Below, piece after piece: positions 61,173 to 64,000 of a stretch of 64,000 nt of DNA (positions are counted from its first letter, which is position 1; every line of letters begins with the position of its first letter). The notes below the pieces were generated by a model. That model worked only from the letters and a program-made list of their open reading frames with translations. It made no database searches and was not told where the DNA came from. A program made the translations under genes and the position numbers. Origin of the DNA: Candidatus Woesearchaeota archaeon (lineage in GTDB: Archaea; Nanobdellota; Nanobdellia; Woesearchaeales; UBA583). The stretch is taken from the NCBI GenBank assembly GCA_965205335.1, contig OZ242164.1, positions 928,001 through 992,000 on the forward strand. Direction: 5' to 3'.

Positions 61173-62156
61173 TGTGTTGTCCTAATTCTTTTTCCCACTT
61201 TTATTACCTCCAATCATTTTTATAAACCTACCTAATGTCCATGGCATTAATTCACGCCAGAACACTTGTTCAGGCGTATCAAAATCCAAGCTACCATGCG
61301 GTCTATGATTATACCAGTCCATAAATTCATTAAATGTGTTGAATTTCTGTCTATGAAGTTCATAGGTATGATTCCACTTCTCAAACTTACCATTGGTTTG
61401 AGGGTGTTTATATCTACATTTTGAATGTGTAATTCCTAACCTGGCAAGGACTCTTTGGAACTCAGATATGCCCTGCTGTTTACCCTCTTGCTTATTTGCA
61501 TAAAACTGACTGCCTCTATCAGTCAAACAAATATCAATTGGTCTTATATTCAAATACGTTTTGTAAGCTTGTTTGATCAACCCAATATTGTGTTTTGCTT
61601 CTTGTTTTTTGAACTCGCCTCCACAAAGGATTTTCCTTGATTTATCATCTAAGACCGCACACATCCACATTTGCAAATGTGAATTATAGTGCCAATCCAT
61701 ATGAACCATATCTAAAGACCATGGTTTTTCATAACGAATCCATGGCTTTCTTCTCTTTTGCTTTTTAGGATTGGCAGTTGCTTTATTATTTGCAAGTAAC
61801 ACAATATGAACATAGTTATTTGCAATTTTAAAGTTTTCTTTCTTACGCAGATATTGAGAAATGTAATTTGCTCCAAACCCTAGTTTTGAATGCAAAGAAA
61901 GAATTCTTCTTTCTAAACTTCTAGGATAGACTCTTTTTGGTTTCATGCCATTCTTCTGCAAAACAGGAAGTAACCCTGTTTTCTTAAATTCTAAGAAAAG
62001 TTGATTAACTCTTCTTTTACTAATATTGAACTGCTTAGCAATAAAAACAGATGAAACACCTTTATTCTTACGCTTAATTATCTTTTCAATGTCCAAAGCA
62101 TTTAGTTTCATAAAAGACTCAATTTCCAAAGTGGGAAATTTTTTGCGGACAACACA
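61173..62156 (-). mobile_element. Distinct IS481-family element (copy D) nested in copy C
   Basis: Ends TGTGTTGTCC...GGACAACACA; 15-bp TSD CCCCAACCAGTTTTA (61158-61172, 62157-62171). Confidence 0.93.
61182..62111 (-). CDS. IS481-family transposase (intact)
   Basis: MKLNAL start; MVHMDW, LDDKSR, TDRGSQF, HPQTNGKFEK, WYNHRPHGSL..TP. Confidence 0.92.
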   Translation of the reverse strand: MKLNALDIEKIIKRKNKGVSSVFIAKQFNISKRRVNQLFLEFKKTGLLPVLQKNGMKPKRVYPRSLERRILSLHSKLGFGANYISQYLRKKENFKIANNYVHIVLLANNKATANPKKQKRRKPWIRYEKPWSLDMVHMDWHYNSHLQMWMCAVLDDKSRKILCGGEFKKQEAKHNIGLIKQAYKTYLNIRPIDICLTDRGSQFYANKQEGKQQGISEFQRVLARLGITHSKCRYKHPQTNGKFEKWNHTYELHRQKFNTFNEFMDWYNHRPHGSLDFDTPEQVFWRELMPWTLGRFIKMIGGNKSGKKN

Positions 62157-62682
62157 CCCCAACCAGTTTTATTACGTAACTCAATTATCTCTTTTTCAGC
62201 TTCTTGAGTTACTTTGTAATAAACTTTATTAGGGATTTTAGATTTGTCTTGAAAATTCCAAATTCCATCATTAAATCGTTTATACCAACGCTTTAATGTT
62301 GAAATATGAAAAGTTCTACTGAACTTTTTCTCTAAAAGTATTTGACATTTAGAGTACGAATACTTACATTTTAACTTTATGAATTCACGGCGTAAATGTT
62401 CTTTTTTCATAAAAATTAGAAAAATTCTAATTTTATATGGTAGCATATGCTACTTTACTGCACAGGAAATTAACATGAGAGAGAGGAAATAAATTAACTA
62501 TTGAACCACTTGAATAATAATAATAATATTTTATCATAAAATACTCCATTAACTTAAAAACTATCATTTGTATTCTTTAATTCTAAATCTTTTAATAATT
62601 TTATATATTTAGCTGCTGTACTGTTTTGTTTATTTCTTATTTGTGTTGGTGATAATGTTTTTGTAAATCTTAGTCTTGTTGG

Positions 62683-62901
62683 TCATACTATCCCTCTTGT
62701 AAAATTTAATGTAGTTAAAATATCTTTTCTCATTGTTTCAAATTCTTTTTTATTATTTATATTTTTACTTGTCATAATTTCTGGAAAAACTTGATACAAT
62801 ATTTTACCAATTTGAGAACAAAATCTTCTATTAGCATTTCCTTCATGTACTTGAATATTATAATTTATCTCACATAATTTCCCATAAGTATAATTATCCA
62901 T
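62683..62901 (-). CDS. Small hypothetical protein
   Basis: 72-aa ATG ORF; no motif. Confidence 0.35.
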   Translation of the reverse strand: MDNYTYGKLCEINYNIQVHEGNANRRFCSQIGKILYQVFPEIMTSKNINNKKEFETMRKDILTTLNFTRGIV

Positions 62902-62992
62902 TTTTATTATATAAATTTATATACCTAAACTTTTAAATATTTATCTTTTATCAGTTCATTCGTACCCCTCTAACTTAACAACTCATCGAAAG

Positions 62993-63120
62993 GGCTCTGT
63001 CCGGAAATTCAAGAGAACTTAAAATGTTATATAAATAAAGCAACTTTTGACGAATAATTTTTTTCTTTGATTGAATATAGTTAGCATAAATTTTGGAAAA
63101 AGCAATTTTCGGACAGAGCT
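62993..63120. mobile_element. 128-bp MITE, copy 3
   Basis: GGCTCTGTCCGGAAATT...AATTTTCGGACAGAGCT; 8-bp TSD ATCGAAAG (62985-62992, 63121-63128). Confidence 0.92.
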
Positions 63121-63167
63121 ATCGAAAGGATACTTTTATAAACCAAATGAAATTATTTTTAGGTATT

Positions 63168-63392
63168 ATGAAATCAGATAGACCGTTTGACAGTCTTATG
63201 GAAAGTATAGGTAAAGAGGTGTCAGTTAAATTAAAGGACGGACTTTTGTATACTGGTAAATTGGTTTCTTTTGATATGCACCTAAATATTGTTTTAGAGG
63301 ATGTTTGCGAGAACTCAGAGAATATTAATGAGAAGGTTTTAATCAGAGGAGATATGATTTCAACAATTAAACATAATAAATCTGATATGTAA
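63168..63392 (+). CDS. Sm-like archaeal protein (Lsm/SmAP1)
   Basis: RPFD.L...[21 protein letters not shown]...LIRGD; precedes L37e as in other archaea. Confidence 0.93.
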   Translation: MKSDRPFDSLMESIGKEVSVKLKDGLLYTGKLVSFDMHLNIVLEDVCENSENINEKVLIRGDMISTIKHNKSDM

Positions 63393-63393
63393 A

Positions 63394-63561
63394 ATGAAAG
63401 GAACACCAAGTATGGGGAAGAAGAGCAAGGGGAAGTTGCACATAATGTGTAGAAGGTGTGGAAGTAGATCATATCATATGAAAAAAGGAGTTTGCTCATC
63501 GTGTGGTTATGGAAAATCTTCAAGGCTTAGAAAGTATAGGGCTGGCAAAAAAGAATGTTGA
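63394..63561 (+). CDS. rpl37e: 50S ribosomal protein L37e
   Basis: Hand translation: [37 protein letters not shown]. Confidence 0.93.
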   Translation: MKGTPSMGKKSKGKLHIMCRRCGSRSYHMKKGVCSSCGYGKSSRLRKYRAGKKEC

Positions 63562-63565
63562 ATTT

Positions 63566-64000
63566 TTAGATTTTGGGTTGTTTTATTTGAGAGATGACTT
63601 TTAGGAGTTTTTCTTTAAAATCATTAATGTTGTTTTTTGTTTTTTGTTTTTTTCCGCTTAGATATTGGTATCGCCCGAATTCAATTTGAATAACTTCTCT
63701 TTTAGGTTTGTTTATTCCATATTTTTGAGTTACATATCCGCCTTTGTGTGGTTTGTTTAGAGATGGCTTGATTTTAAATTCTTTTTCAAAAATCTTCGCT
63801 AAATGGTTAAGGGTTGCTTTTGATGATGATTTGTTACCATAGTTTCCAAGGTTAATTTCTGGAAAGTTTTCTTTTCTTTTTGTGTCACCTTTTTTATTTG
63901 GGGATAGTAAGTAATTTCTTGTATCGTGTATGTCTAAGATTAAGATTTTTTCGTATTTTTTTTCTATCAGAGATATTTTTTTTTCAATTTGTTTGTGGTA
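63566..64000 (-). CDS. N-formylglutamate amidohydrolase-like protein, 3' part (with an internal frameshift)
   Basis: YH...ILDIHD...PEINLG...LNKPHKGGYVTQKYG, then a shifted frame VIQIEFGRYQYL. Confidence 0.7.
   Translation of the reverse strand, partial: YHKQIEKKISLIEKKYEKILILDIHDTRNYLLSPNKKGDTKRKENFPEINLGNYGNKSSSKATLNHLAKIFEKEFKIKPSLNKPHKGGYVTQKYGINKPKREVIQIEFGRYQYLSGKKQKTKNNINDFKEKLLKVISQIKQPKI

Larger units (their letters stand above)
60542..62464 (-). mobile_element. IS481-family element (copy C, near-identical to B), interrupted by a nested IS
   Basis: Perfect TIR TGTGCAGTAAAGTAGCATATGCTACCA at both ends; transposase halves 60563-61172 and 62157-62410; no TSD seen. Confidence 0.92.

Noticed and set aside
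63093-63167. N-terminal extension of Lsm in the ORF track
   Set aside because: It starts inside the MITE; the real start is ATG 63168, downstream of a TATA box

Overview
AT-rich chromosomal segment of a DPANN archaeon, most likely Woesearchaeota-like. Support: an unlinked, divergent archaeal 16S rRNA gene, archaeal ribosomal proteins, aIF5A, Rpo12, Pcc1, FEN1, A-type ATPase A/B/D, class III signal-peptide pilins, and TATA boxes about 20-30 bp before start codons. Housekeeping genes (acd, gatA, polB, rio1, UvrD-nuclease, rps2, rnz, sppA, sepF, sufBDS, oapAB, lsm) and six tRNAs are interspersed with many mobile elements. These comprise a partial IS5/ISH1-like IS, three 128-bp MITEs sharing its TIR, and four IS481 elements, one nested in another with 15-bp target duplications. 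The most notable items are: (i) a 13-kb surface/host-interaction neighbourhood with pilins, a LamG adhesin, a stand-alone voltage-sensor domain, a coiled-coil TIM-barrel protein, a HerA-like ATPase and a membrane-anchored lytic transglycosylase; (ii) a GC-richer isochorismatase islet flanked by a duplicated atpA promoter and 5' end; (iii) an MNT-HEPN islet between tRNAs. Several 1-2 bp frameshifts may be assembly errors. All calls come from motif recognition by eye; no searches were run.
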